From Planctomycetota bacterium (GTDB taxonomy: Bacteria; Planctomycetota; UBA8108; SXIK01), in NCBI GenBank assembly GCA_965223845.1, contig CBDCXR010000004.1, positions 3,744,001 to 3,808,000 on the forward strand: 64,000 bases of DNA, in the 5' to 3' direction. Below, piece after piece: positions 17,825-27,557 of the stretch. A program made the translations under genes and the position numbers. Below the pieces are notes generated by a model. The model was given only the letters and a program-made list of their open reading frames with translations, was not told the origin of the DNA and did not search any database. The stretch's first letter is position 1. Each line of letters begins with the position of its first letter.

Positions 17825-18868
17825 GTGACGACACCGCCTCTCGGCCGAATGACGTTCGAGCTTCCGCAGTCGCCCTCTGCGTCCGTGCGTCGGAGCCAGT
17901 TCCGGAATGCGCTCGACGTCGGCTGGGAAAAGGCCCGCGCGAACGCCCGGTCGGCGGAAGGTCTCGAGTACGATCCCGCCGACTCCCGCGTCGTTGTGAG
18001 GGGCGCATTCCGGTACCGATACCTGCCCGGACGCGCCGCGCGGCCGCGGTCTCGTGCCCGCGGACAGCCGGGCGATCTCTTCCTCGAGCACTCCGCGTGC
18101 GCGTTCGACGAGGACGACTTCCTCCGCCGAATCTTCCTCACCGTCGAGCGACGAGGCCGGGCTTACGGGTTGACCGCGAATCGCTACCCCGTCGTCTCCC
18201 GGCATTTTCTCATCGCGCGCGATCGCGGTGCGAATGAAGCCGAGCTCAGTCAACGCCTCTACGGGCCGGACGAGCTCGCAGACATGATTCTCCTCCTCGT
18301 CGCGATCGGTCCACCGCTCCGCTTTTTCTTCAACTCGAACCCGGCGAGCGATGGCTCGGTGAGCGGTTCGAGCGTGAATCACTGGCACTTTCAGTGCTTC
18401 GCGGAGGACGTCGGGGCGTCGGGCCCGATCTTCGACGACACCTCGGCGGCGGTGACCATCGCCCCGGGGGTCACCGCCGGTCGCGTACCCGACTGGCGGG
18501 CTCACCACGCGTTCGTCGACGGCGACGCTCGATCGGTCGACGCGGCCGCGCGCGCGCTCTGGTCACTCGTCGATTCGGTCCACGAGATCGGCGCCGCCTA
18601 CAACGTCGAGATCGCCGCGCGGAAGGACGCGACATTCCGCGCTCTCGTGTTCCCGCGCGCGCCGGCGGCGGATCGCACGCTCCCGACGGGCGGTCTTCTC
18701 CGCGCGAGCTTCGGCGGCTGCGAGCTGACCGGAGACCTCGTCATCGACGATGTCAAAGCGTTCGACTGGATCGCCGAGAACGCCCAAGCCGCCGACACGC
18801 TCACCGAGGTTCGCTACGAAGAGACCACGCGGCCGGTACCCGGTCTCTCCCGCATCGCACCGCCCTGA
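17825..18868 (+). CDS. HIT-superfamily nucleotide-sugar/Ap4A phosphorylase-like protein (GDPGP1/VTC2/Apa1/DUF4922-like)
   Basis: ANRYPVVSRHFLI, QRL, FFFNS..GSSVNHWHFQ (HxHxQ), YNV, VFPR, GGCELTG. Confidence 0.7.
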   Translation: MTTPPLGRMTFELPQSPSASVRRSQFRNALDVGWEKARANARSAEGLEYDPADSRVVVRGAFRYRYLPGRAARPRSRARGQPGDLFLEHSACAFDEDDFLRRIFLTVERRGRAYGLTANRYPVVSRHFLIARDRGANEAELSQRLYGPDELADMILLLVAIGPPLRFFFNSNPASDGSVSGSSVNHWHFQCFAEDVGASGPIFDDTSAAVTIAPGVTAGRVPDWRAHHAFVDGDARSVDAAARALWSLVDSVHEIGAAYNVEIAARKDATFRALVFPRAPAADRTLPTGGLLRASFGGCELTGDLVIDDVKAFDWIAENAQAADTLTEVRYEETTRPVPGLSRIAPP

Positions 18869-18878
18869 TCGGGCGACT

Positions 18879-19901
18879 TCACCGCGAGCGGCGGCGGAGC
18901 TGATCCGCGGCGACGGCGGCGATGATGATGACGCCGATGAAGATCTCCTGGACGAACGTCGGGATCTGATAGATGTCGCAGCCGTTGCGGAGGATCCCCA
19001 TCACAAAGGCGCCGATGATCGTCCCGAGGATGCTCCCCTTACCGCCGCTCAGGCTCGCCCCTCCGATCACGACGCCCGCGATGATGTCGAGCTCGCGTCC
19101 GACGGCGACCGTGGGATCACCGACGGTGAGCTGAGAGAACTGAAGAAGTCCCGCGACGCCGGTAAAGAATCCCGCGGCGGAGTAGATGATGACCTTCTGA
19201 CGCGCGACGTTGACGCCGCAGAGCCGCGCTGTCGCCTCGTTCGATCCGATCGCGAACACGTACCGGCCGAACACGCTGTAACGAAGGATGCAGTGCACGC
19301 CGACAGCGAGGACGACGAGGAGCACGACGCCGATCGGGAGCTTCCACACCGGAACGTGAGCCCCGCGCTCCAGACGGAGAAGGTCGTTCAACCACGTGAC
19401 GGGAACGGTCACGCGCTGCTCGTCGCCGAGATACTTCGCGACGCCGCGCGCGACGCCCATCATTCCGAGCGTCACGATGAACGGAACGATGCGAAGCGCC
19501 GTGATCGCGAGGCCGTTCAGGAAGCCGACGAAGGCGCCGCACGCGAGCCCCGCGGCGAGCGCCACGACAGGAGGCGCTCCCGCGCGGACGACGACGGCGA
19601 TCACCACCGTCGTGAGCGCGATCGACGAACCGGGGCTGAGGTCGATTCCCCCGCTGATGATGACGAGCGTCATCCCGAGTGCCGCGATCGCGACGATCGC
19701 GGTCTGCGCGGCGACGAGCTTTAGATTGTCCTTCGTGAAGAGGAGCGCGAAGTCGTCGAACGAGCCGTCGCGCGAGAGATCGTAGACGGCAAAAAACGTG
19801 TAGATGATCGCGATCCCGAGAAACGGCGCGAGCACCGAGAGGTAGCTCGTCCAGAGCCTCGGCGGCGGCGATTCGTGATCGGTTGCTGCTCCCTGCGTCA
19901 T
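18879..19901 (-). CDS. Sugar ABC transporter permease (RbsC-like)
   Basis: GMTLVIISGGIDLS, PFIVTLG, FGRYVFAIGSNE, ELDIIAGVVIGGASLSGGKG; ATGA overlap with the ATPase gene. Confidence 0.95.
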   Translation of the reverse strand: MTQGAATDHESPPPRLWTSYLSVLAPFLGIAIIYTFFAVYDLSRDGSFDDFALLFTKDNLKLVAAQTAIVAIAALGMTLVIISGGIDLSPGSSIALTTVVIAVVVRAGAPPVVALAAGLACGAFVGFLNGLAITALRIVPFIVTLGMMGVARGVAKYLGDEQRVTVPVTWLNDLLRLERGAHVPVWKLPIGVVLLVVLAVGVHCILRYSVFGRYVFAIGSNEATARLCGVNVARQKVIIYSAAGFFTGVAGLLQFSQLTVGDPTVAVGRELDIIAGVVIGGASLSGGKGSILGTIIGAFVMGILRNGCDIYQIPTFVQEIFIGVIIIAAVAADQLRRRSR

Positions 19902-21424
19902 GTGACTCCGTCCTGCGGCCCCATCGTCGCGTAGGCCATGATGCTCTTCTCGTCCCACTCGGCCGCCGGGCGGATCGCGCTGAGGCGACCCCGAGCCATC
20001 ACCGCGACGCGGTCGCAAACGCCGAGGAGCTCCGGCAAGTAGGAGCTGACGAAGAGCACGGCTTTGCCCTGCTGCGCAAGCAAACCGATCTGGCGATAGA
20101 CTTCGACCTTGCTCCCGACGTCGATGCCGCGCGTCGGCTCGTCGAGGAGGACGACGTCTGCCTCCTGGTGCGTGAGCCGTGCGAGTGCGACCTTCTGCTG
20201 GTTTCCGCCCGAGAGATCTTCCACGGGCTGCGTCACCGCGCGGCAGACGACACCGAGCGCGCCCGCGCAGTTCGCCACGCGGCTCCGGTGGCGGCGTGGC
20301 GACACCCAGCCCGCGGTCGCCACCGTCGAGAAGCGCGAGAGCGTCACGTTGTCGGCGATCGACATGCCGAGCGCGAGCCCTTCGTCTTTCCGATTCTCGC
20401 TGAGAAGACCGACGCCTTGGCGCACGCGGCGTCGCGGAGTTCCGACTCCCGCATCGGAGCCAGAAATGCGCACAAGGCCGCTCACGACGGGATCGAGCCC
20501 GTACACTGCGCGCACGAGCTCGGTGCGACCCGCGCCGACGAGGCCGGCGATCCCGAGAATCTCGCCGCGGTGAAGATCGAGATCGACTCCGAGGAGTCGC
20601 GTCTCGCCGGCGAGTTGGTCGAGCTCGAGGACGACCTCGCCGCGCTCGTGGGGAACGCGCGGAAAAAACTCGTCGAGTGAGCGACCGACCATGAGCTCGA
20701 TGATCGAATCGATCGGCGTGTCCGCGACGACGCCCGTTCCGACCGTACGACCTTCGCGAAGGACGGTGAAGCGATCACAGCTGCGCTTCACCTCCTCGAG
20801 GAAGTGGCTGATGTAGACGATGCTCACGCCGCGCTCCTTGAGTCGCGCGATCACGTCGAAGAGCCGCTCGGTGTCTACGGCAGTGAGGGAGCTCGTCGGT
20901 TCGTCGAGGACGATCAGTCGCGCATCCGCGACGATCGCGCGCGCGATTTCGACGATCTGCTGCTCGGCGACGGCGAGCCGTCCCACCGGCGTCCGTGGAT
21001 CCACTCGCGAGTGACCGAGCGTCGCGAGAGCGTCCCGGACGCGCTCCTCGTGCTCCGCGCGCCGCACAAATCCCCAGCGCGCCCGCTCGACGCCGAGGAA
21101 GATGTTCTCCTCCGCGCTCAGATCCGGCGCGAGATTGAGCTCCTGGTAGATCATGCTCACCCCGCGCGCGAGCGAGCTCTGCGGCCCGCTCGGCGCGTAG
21201 ACCTCGCCATCGAGCCGCATGGTTCCACCGTCCGGGTCGACCGCCCCGGAGAGAACCTTCATGAGCGTGCTTTTCCCGGCGCCGTTCTCGCCGATCAGGG
21301 CGTGCACTTCCCCGGCGCGCACCGACAGATCGACGCCTCGAAGCGCGTGGGTCGGACCGAAGCTGCGGCGGATTCCCCGCATTTCGAGGATCGGCACCTC
21401 GCTCGCCCGGGCGGCGTCCTCCAC
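19898..21424 (-). CDS. Sugar ABC transporter ATP-binding protein (RbsA-like, two ABC domains)
   Basis: GENGAGKST, LDEPT, YISH, GLVGAGRTE, LSGGNQQK, DEPTRGIDVG. Confidence 0.96.
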   Translation of the reverse strand: MEDAARASEVPILEMRGIRRSFGPTHALRGVDLSVRAGEVHALIGENGAGKSTLMKVLSGAVDPDGGTMRLDGEVYAPSGPQSSLARGVSMIYQELNLAPDLSAEENIFLGVERARWGFVRRAEHEERVRDALATLGHSRVDPRTPVGRLAVAEQQIVEIARAIVADARLIVLDEPTSSLTAVDTERLFDVIARLKERGVSIVYISHFLEEVKRSCDRFTVLREGRTVGTGVVADTPIDSIIELMVGRSLDEFFPRVPHERGEVVLELDQLAGETRLLGVDLDLHRGEILGIAGLVGAGRTELVRAVYGLDPVVSGLVRISGSDAGVGTPRRRVRQGVGLLSENRKDEGLALGMSIADNVTLSRFSTVATAGWVSPRRHRSRVANCAGALGVVCRAVTQPVEDLSGGNQQKVALARLTHQEADVVLLDEPTRGIDVGSKVEVYRQIGLLAQQGKAVLFVSSYLPELLGVCDRVAVMARGRLSAIRPAAEWDEKSIMAYATMGPQDGVT

Positions 21425-21428
21425 GCCG

Positions 21429-22502
21429 TCACTCCCCGAGCCAGGGCGAGAGATCCGGCGAGTGGAGGAGCTTCATATCGGGCTCGTCCATGTTCGCCTT
21501 CGTGACGACGGTGACGCCGGTGTCGATCCTCGTCTCGAACGGAGTGCCCTGGATCGCCGCGTACACCGTCTTGAGCGCGGTGTAGCCCATCTTGATCGGG
21601 TTCTGCAGGACGAGACCGTGGATCTTTCCGTCGCGAATCGCCTGAACGAGGGTCTCGCTTGCGTCGAACCCGACGAACTGAATCTTTCCCGCGGCACCGT
21701 GATCTTCGAGGGCGCGCAGCATCCCGAACGTGACCGATTCGTTCGGGCAGAAGATCCCGTTCGTTTCCGCCGCGAGCCGCGTGAGGAGATTCTGCGCCTT
21801 CTGGTAGGCCGATTCGGCGGTCGCGCCGGCGTAGAGGTCGGAGCTGATGAGCTGGATGTCGGCGAACTCCTTCGCGAGCGTGTCGACGAACCCCTTCTCG
21901 CGCTGCATCGTGCTCTCCGATCCTTCCTGGTAGCGGAGCAGGATCACATTTCCCTTGCCGCCGAGAAGCTCGCCGAGCCGCCGCGCGCCGAGCACGCCGC
22001 CGTGATAGTTGTCGGTGGCTACATACGCGAGGTAATCCTCGCCGACGGTCCCCTGGAGCCCGCTGTCGAAAACGACGACGGGGATCTTTGCCTTCATCGC
22101 GTCCTGTACGGGCCGGAGAAGGGCGGCGTCGTCGAGAGGCGCGAGGCACATCCCGGCGACCTCGAGCGAGATGAAATTGTCGACGACCTGGATCTGCTGC
22201 GCGCGATCGTCTTCCTTCTGGGGTCCCTTCCAGATGGCTTCGATCGCCGGTCCGCCGGCCGCGTTGATCTCACGCTCGGCCTTGATCACGCCGGCGTGAA
22301 CCATCTTCCAGAACTCGTGCGTCGTCCCCTTCGGAACGACGGCGATGCGGAGGGCGCCGCCGGAGGCTTTGGGCGAGCAGCCGGTGAGCAGGCTCGCGAC
22401 GACCACGGCTCCGAGCAGGAGCACGCCGCACGCCGCGACCGCGCGTGCGTATCCGGACGAGACGGTATCGGAACTTGGAACACTCCCGAGTGAGCACTGC
22501 AT
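21429..22502 (-). CDS. Sugar ABC transporter substrate-binding lipoprotein (RbsB-like)
   Basis: LLTGC lipobox, VPKGTTHEFW, ATDNY.GG, STMQRE.GF, GFD, QNPIKMGY. The true start may be further downstream. Confidence 0.93.
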   Translation of the reverse strand: MQCSLGSVPSSDTVSSGYARAVAACGVLLLGAVVVASLLTGCSPKASGGALRIAVVPKGTTHEFWKMVHAGVIKAEREINAAGGPAIEAIWKGPQKEDDRAQQIQVVDNFISLEVAGMCLAPLDDAALLRPVQDAMKAKIPVVVFDSGLQGTVGEDYLAYVATDNYHGGVLGARRLGELLGGKGNVILLRYQEGSESTMQREKGFVDTLAKEFADIQLISSDLYAGATAESAYQKAQNLLTRLAAETNGIFCPNESVTFGMLRALEDHGAAGKIQFVGFDASETLVQAIRDGKIHGLVLQNPIKMGYTALKTVYAAIQGTPFETRIDTGVTVVTKANMDEPDMKLLHSPDLSPWLGE

Positions 22503-22958
22503 GGCGAGTCTCTCCGCCGGAGCTCGCGCGGGCGGCGAACGGCCACCGCGTGCGAGGCGTCGAATAGCGATCCGCGATGATGAGCACGGATCAGTAACGT
22601 CGACCGAAGAGCGCTGTCCGATTCTCTGACACCGCGCGCGGACCCCGGGCCTGCACTCGTACGAGTCGACGACGAAATCGTCGAAGAAAGATCGCGCAGC
22701 TTAACGAAAAGTTAGCACGGTTGCGAGCGGCTGGAGACCGCCGCACACCCGCGCGTCGCCAGCACCCGGGACGGACGGATTTGCTGGGAAATCGTCGATG
22801 CGCCTGTCTACAATGTGACCTCAAGCTGACAAGGACGTAGGGCAGGGCGGGGTCACCGGCTCCGCAGCTCGGCGAGACGGTGTCTCGTCAACGTCCTCTC
22901 CGTCCCGCCCGACTCTCGTGCTCGACGCTCGGTTCCCCAGAGTCACTCGACGAGATCC

Positions 22959-24941
22959 ATGAGACGAATCACCGTTTGCTTCGTGACGGCCGTGCTCATC
23001 GCCGGCGGTACGCTCCGGGCCGATGACCCGGTCTCCAAAGCCATCGATCGCGGCATCGACTATCTCCTCGCGGAATCGAAGGCCGAGTTTCAAAAGCTCC
23101 GCGGGAAGTACGGATCGCGCAAGGTCCCGCCGCAGATCGACGTCGGAGCGTTCGCGATGCAGCTCTACGGGCTCGTCGTGGCCGGTGTCTCGGTGGATGA
23201 TCCTCTCGTCCGTTCCGGACTCAAGTTCCTCGAACGACTGTCCTTTCGCGGGCACCGCGCCACCTATGTCACGGCGGTCTACGTGTTCCTTCTCGATGCC
23301 GCGATCGCGCAGCTCGAGAACGACATGATGATGCTGAATCCCAAGCTCGCGGGAAAACGCTTCAAGGACGACCCGCGGATCGGCCGTCAGTTCCGCGGTC
23401 GACTGAAGGCGGCGGTCGACGCTCTCTCGGCGTCGCAGAACGGCCGCGGCTCATGGCGCTACGACTACGGCGCCCAGGACTTCGACAACTCGAACGTTCA
23501 GTTTGCGGTACTCGCCCTCGGGATCGGCGCGAAGCGAAGCATTCCGATCCGCCGCGCGGTGTGGCAAAAGACGATGGATCACTTCCTCCGCACCCAAGAG
23601 AAGAAAGGCCCGAAGACCTCGAAGCGCCTCGAGCTCGAGGAGACGGACGAAGACCGACGCAATCGCGTCAACGTGGTCTCCAGGGACGGAAGTCCAGTCG
23701 AGGAAGAAGAAAAGGAATCCAAGGAAAAACGGAAATCCGATCGCCGCGGAAAGACGACCAGCAAGCAGCGGCGCGTGATCGACGTCCCCGATCCGATCGT
23801 CGGCACGGAGGATGTCGACGTGCACTCGCGCGGATGGGCGTATCTCTCCGCGAGCGGGGGAAAAGAAGGACACAACCGCGCGAAGTGGGCGATGACGTGT
23901 GCCGGCGTCTCGTCGATGCTCCTCGTCCGCGCCAATCTTCCGCTCAAGGGGAGCGCGAAGGCCGAACTCGACAAGTCGATCCGCGACGGCTACGGCTGGA
24001 TGATGGATCACTTCAACGGCGGCGGGAACGGCTACCAGATGTACAGTCTCGAAAAGGTGGGCGACATCGGCCGCGTCAAGCTGTTCGCCGGAAACGATTG
24101 GTACAGTCAACTCGAGAAGCACATCCTCGGCCGCCAACGCGGGAACGGCTCGTTCGACATCGACACGCACGCGAAGGGCGAGCACCCCGGGCTGGGCTCG
24201 GCGTACGCACTCCTCATTCTCAACCGCGCAACGAGCCTGCTCAGCCAGAGTCCCGCGACGCGCATCATCGTCTCGGGACGCACCGCGCCCAAAGGCGACC
24301 TGAGCGATCGCAGCTGGGTGTACGTTCCCGTCCTCGACACGACACTCCATTACCCGTCCCTGCTTCGGGCGATCCGTCTCCGACCCTCGCCCAAACTGAT
24401 CAAGTTCCTGCGCAACATCATCGACAACTACGCGGACGAGTGGAAAGGCGAGCTCATTCCCGGACTCGCGCGCATCCGCGACGAAGTGACGAACCGAGCC
24501 GCGCGCGGGATCATCGACGAGTACCTGACGGACATCACCGGTTTCCACTACGAGGACCCGGAAAAATACATGACCTGGTTCCGGCGCTGGAGCCGTGTCG
24601 TCAAGATGGCGGAGTCCGGCGACTCGGCCTACCGCAAGCAGCTCATGACGTATTACGAGAGCACGAGTCGCAGCGTGCCCCTCCGAAAGACGGTCATGTG
24701 GGCGCTCACTCGCGTGAAGGCGCGCGAATCGATCCCGCTACTCCTCAAGGACCTCGCGCACGAAGACCCGGTGGTGCGCCTCGCGGCGTACACAAATCTG
24801 CGCGCGTTCTACGTCGAGTTCCCACCGCCGTTCGACCCGAACGGCGATCCGGCCACGCGCTCGAGCCAAGTACGCGCGATCCGCACCTGGCAGCAGGAAG
24901 AGGAAGACAAGCGCCGGGCCCGTGGGAAGCGACGGAGCTGA
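22959..24941 (+). CDS. Exported prenyltransferase/squalene-cyclase-repeat (alpha/alpha barrel) protein with C-terminal HEAT repeats
   Basis: Signal peptide; AIDRGIDYL, Q..GSWRY, DNSNVQFAVLAL, MTCAGVSS, YSLEKVG, DWY, Q..NGSF; HEAT-like SIPLLLKDLAHEDPVVRLAA. Confidence 0.7.
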   Translation: MRRITVCFVTAVLIAGGTLRADDPVSKAIDRGIDYLLAESKAEFQKLRGKYGSRKVPPQIDVGAFAMQLYGLVVAGVSVDDPLVRSGLKFLERLSFRGHRATYVTAVYVFLLDAAIAQLENDMMMLNPKLAGKRFKDDPRIGRQFRGRLKAAVDALSASQNGRGSWRYDYGAQDFDNSNVQFAVLALGIGAKRSIPIRRAVWQKTMDHFLRTQEKKGPKTSKRLELEETDEDRRNRVNVVSRDGSPVEEEEKESKEKRKSDRRGKTTSKQRRVIDVPDPIVGTEDVDVHSRGWAYLSASGGKEGHNRAKWAMTCAGVSSMLLVRANLPLKGSAKAELDKSIRDGYGWMMDHFNGGGNGYQMYSLEKVGDIGRVKLFAGNDWYSQLEKHILGRQRGNGSFDIDTHAKGEHPGLGSAYALLILNRATSLLSQSPATRIIVSGRTAPKGDLSDRSWVYVPVLDTTLHYPSLLRAIRLRPSPKLIKFLRNIIDNYADEWKGELIPGLARIRDEVTNRAARGIIDEYLTDITGFHYEDPEKYMTWFRRWSRVVKMAESGDSAYRKQLMTYYESTSRSVPLRKTVMWALTRVKARESIPLLLKDLAHEDPVVRLAAYTNLRAFYVEFPPPFDPNGDPATRSSQVRAIRTWQQEEEDKRRARGKRRS

Positions 24942-24954
24942 CGTCGTCGCGAGG

Positions 24955-25881
24955 GTGCGAATCGCGGTTCATCTGACGCACCCCCGGGTCGAGGCCTGGA
25001 ACTTCACCCCGGCGCACGCGGACCGGCTCCGTGCCGCGTTCCCCGAAGCGGTGGTGACGCGCTGCGCGTCCGCCGACGCGTTCGCCGCGGCACTCACGGA
25101 GGCAGACGGCGGCATCGCTTGGCGATTCGAGCAAGGGTGGCTCGACGCGGCGCCCTCGCTCCGCTGGATCGCCACACCCGCCGCGGGTCGGGATTACTTC
25201 CGTGTGACGCCCCCCGCCGGGGTCGACGTCTACTACGGCGCGTTTCAGGGCGAGCTCATCGCCGAGACCGTCGTCGGAGCGATGCTCGGATTTCGGCGCG
25301 GCCTCTTCGACGCGATCGCTCTCGCCGAGGCGGAGTGGCCGCGCGGAGAGCTCAGCCGGAGGATGGGGACGCTCCGCGGCGACCACGTGGTCATCCTCGG
25401 ATTCGGCTCGATCGGCCGCTGGATCGGGAAACTCGTCAAGCCGTTCGGCGCCCGCATCACGGGAATCCGGCGCCGGAGCGATTCTCCGCCCCCCGACTAC
25501 TTCGACGGGGACGACCGGCAGCGACCACCGGAGGAGGTCGACGCCGTGCTACCGGATGCGGACCACCTCGTCCTCGCGCTTCCAGACGCCCCGTCGACGC
25601 GCCGGATCCTCGACGCGACGCGCCTCGCTCGGCTGCGGTCGAGCGCCTACGTCTACAATGTGGGGCGCGGGACGGCGATCGACGAGTCCGCGCTCGCCGA
25701 TGCCCTCGAGGGTGAGCGTCTCGCCGGGGCCGCGCTCGATGTCTACGAAGTCGAGCCTCTCCCCGCCGATTCGCGGCTTCGACGTTGCCCACGCCTCCTG
25801 CGACTCCCCCACGCCTCCGCGATCGCCCCGAACTACCTCGACCTCTTCGTCGACGAATTCGCGGCGCGCTTCCGCGGCTGA
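24955..25881 (+). CDS. D-2-hydroxyacid dehydrogenase family protein
   Basis: ILGFGSIG, LALP..T, NVGRG, AALDVYEVEPLP, PHAS. GTG at 24955 preferred over 24922. Confidence 0.9.
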   Translation: MRIAVHLTHPRVEAWNFTPAHADRLRAAFPEAVVTRCASADAFAAALTEADGGIAWRFEQGWLDAAPSLRWIATPAAGRDYFRVTPPAGVDVYYGAFQGELIAETVVGAMLGFRRGLFDAIALAEAEWPRGELSRRMGTLRGDHVVILGFGSIGRWIGKLVKPFGARITGIRRRSDSPPPDYFDGDDRQRPPEEVDAVLPDADHLVLALPDAPSTRRILDATRLARLRSSAYVYNVGRGTAIDESALADALEGERLAGAALDVYEVEPLPADSRLRRCPRLLRLPHASAIAPNYLDLFVDEFAARFRG

Positions 25882-25931
25882 GGCGAGCGCCCGAGCCGAC
25901 AACGCTCCGCCGGTTCAGAGCGAGCTTTCGA

Positions 25932-27224
25932 TCAGGCCGGCTCCTTCTCGACGATCTCTTCCTTCTCGCGATCCCAGAAGAGCACCTTGTTCTCGCGGTA
26001 CGCCTTCACGCTCATCGCGATGCAGACCATCGTGCGGTAGCCGAGGTCGGGGCCGCAATTGAGATCCTCCTCGCGGCGAGAGCGCACACAGCGGATGAAG
26101 TTGACCATGTGGTGGTCGCGAGGCAGCGCCGGGAGCTTCAGGAGGTCTTTGCCTCCGTGTCGATCGCGGAACTTCTTGCCGTAGGTTCGCTCGTCCGGCC
26201 GAATCTCGACTCCCCCACCGACGAAGTGGAGGCTCGCCTCGTGTCCGCGGATGAGGTCGGGCAGGCCCGAAGAGTTTGCCATGCTCGAGGCGAGAACGAT
26301 CGAATGTCGCTTCGGCATGTCGATCAGGGTCATGAACGTGTCTGGGACTTCTCTCGGGCTCTGGTGTCCGTCGTCGGCATGGACCCAGATTCCACCACCG
26401 CTCGTCACGCGGTGGGGAAAGTCCGCGCCGAGAGCGAGCAGGATCGGCGCGAGCTTGTGGTAGTGGAGATCGGTGGCGATACCCCCGGAGTAGTCCCAAT
26501 ACTTGCGGAAGCGGAAGAAGTGCTCACGGTTGAAAGACTTCTTGGACGCGGAGCCGAGAAACGCTTCCCAGTCGAGATTCTCCGGGCTCGCGCTCGACTC
26601 GATGCGGTAGTTCCACTCTCCGCGAACGCTGTTTCGCGAGTAGCTCGTCTGGCTCCAGACGAGCTTTCCGAGGAGTCCGTTCGCAACCGCCTCTTTCGCG
26701 GCCCAAAACCGTCCATCCGAAGTGTGCTGAGTGCCGATCTGGAGGATCTTCTTGTGCTCGCGAATCGCGTGGTAGACCTCCTTCGCTTCGTGCGCGTAGC
26801 GCGTCCAAGGCTTCTCGCAGTAGACGTCGCAGCCGGCGGCCATCGAGTCGAGACACATCTTCGCGTGCCAATGGTCGGGGGTCGCGATGATGACGCAGTC
26901 GGCCGTCTTGCTCTCGAGGAGCTTCCGGTAGTCGTGGTATCCGACCGCCCCGGATCGCTTCGCGGCGGCCTCGCGACGCGGGCGGTAGATGTCGCAAACG
27001 CCGGTCAGCTCGAGGTCGTGCTCGTCTGACATTTTGAGAATATCGCCCACGTGTCCACGCCCGCGTCCGCCGACGCCGATGACGGCGAAGCGCAGCTTTT
27101 CGTTGGGCGAGCCCGGACCGAGGACGGTCGGCGCGCCGAGAACACCGGGAGCTCCCAGAGCAGCAAACCCGGCCCCGGCTCTCTTGACGAATTCGCGGCG
27201 GGGAAGAGGATTCGGTCGCGTCAT
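25932..27224 (-). CDS. Gfo/Idh/MocA oxidoreductase with a Tat signal
   Basis: PRREFVK twin-arginine motif; IGVGGRG, IATPDHWH, VYCEKP, QIGTQ, FRKYWDYSGG. Confidence 0.93.
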   Translation of the reverse strand: MTRPNPLPRREFVKRAGAGFAALGAPGVLGAPTVLGPGSPNEKLRFAVIGVGGRGRGHVGDILKMSDEHDLELTGVCDIYRPRREAAAKRSGAVGYHDYRKLLESKTADCVIIATPDHWHAKMCLDSMAAGCDVYCEKPWTRYAHEAKEVYHAIREHKKILQIGTQHTSDGRFWAAKEAVANGLLGKLVWSQTSYSRNSVRGEWNYRIESSASPENLDWEAFLGSASKKSFNREHFFRFRKYWDYSGGIATDLHYHKLAPILLALGADFPHRVTSGGGIWVHADDGHQSPREVPDTFMTLIDMPKRHSIVLASSMANSSGLPDLIRGHEASLHFVGGGVEIRPDERTYGKKFRDRHGGKDLLKLPALPRDHHMVNFIRCVRSRREEDLNCGPDLGYRTMVCIAMSVKAYRENKVLFWDREKEEIVEKEPA

Positions 27225-27557
27225 GATGGATCACCTCTAGAATGAGCGCCCAGAGAAGGCCGGCGGCGACGGCGAGCGATCGGAAGCCCCGCTCCCCGTT
27301 CGAAGTGTCATTTCAACTCAATCGCCACCTGCCCCACAGCCGAAATCCGCAAAAAGCGCAGAGCATCGCCGGGCCGTACGTTCGCGCGCGGCCGAGAGAC
27401 GGTGAAACTCGCACGCCCGCCGCGCGACGTCTGGATGGCGAGCGTGCAATCGCACGGGTTCCGTGAGACGCTAGACGAGGTGCAGAACCCGAACGCTGAG
27501 TCGAGACGAACGCGACGGAGCGGTCGGGGAGACCGGCGGAAACGTTCTCAATTTCGC

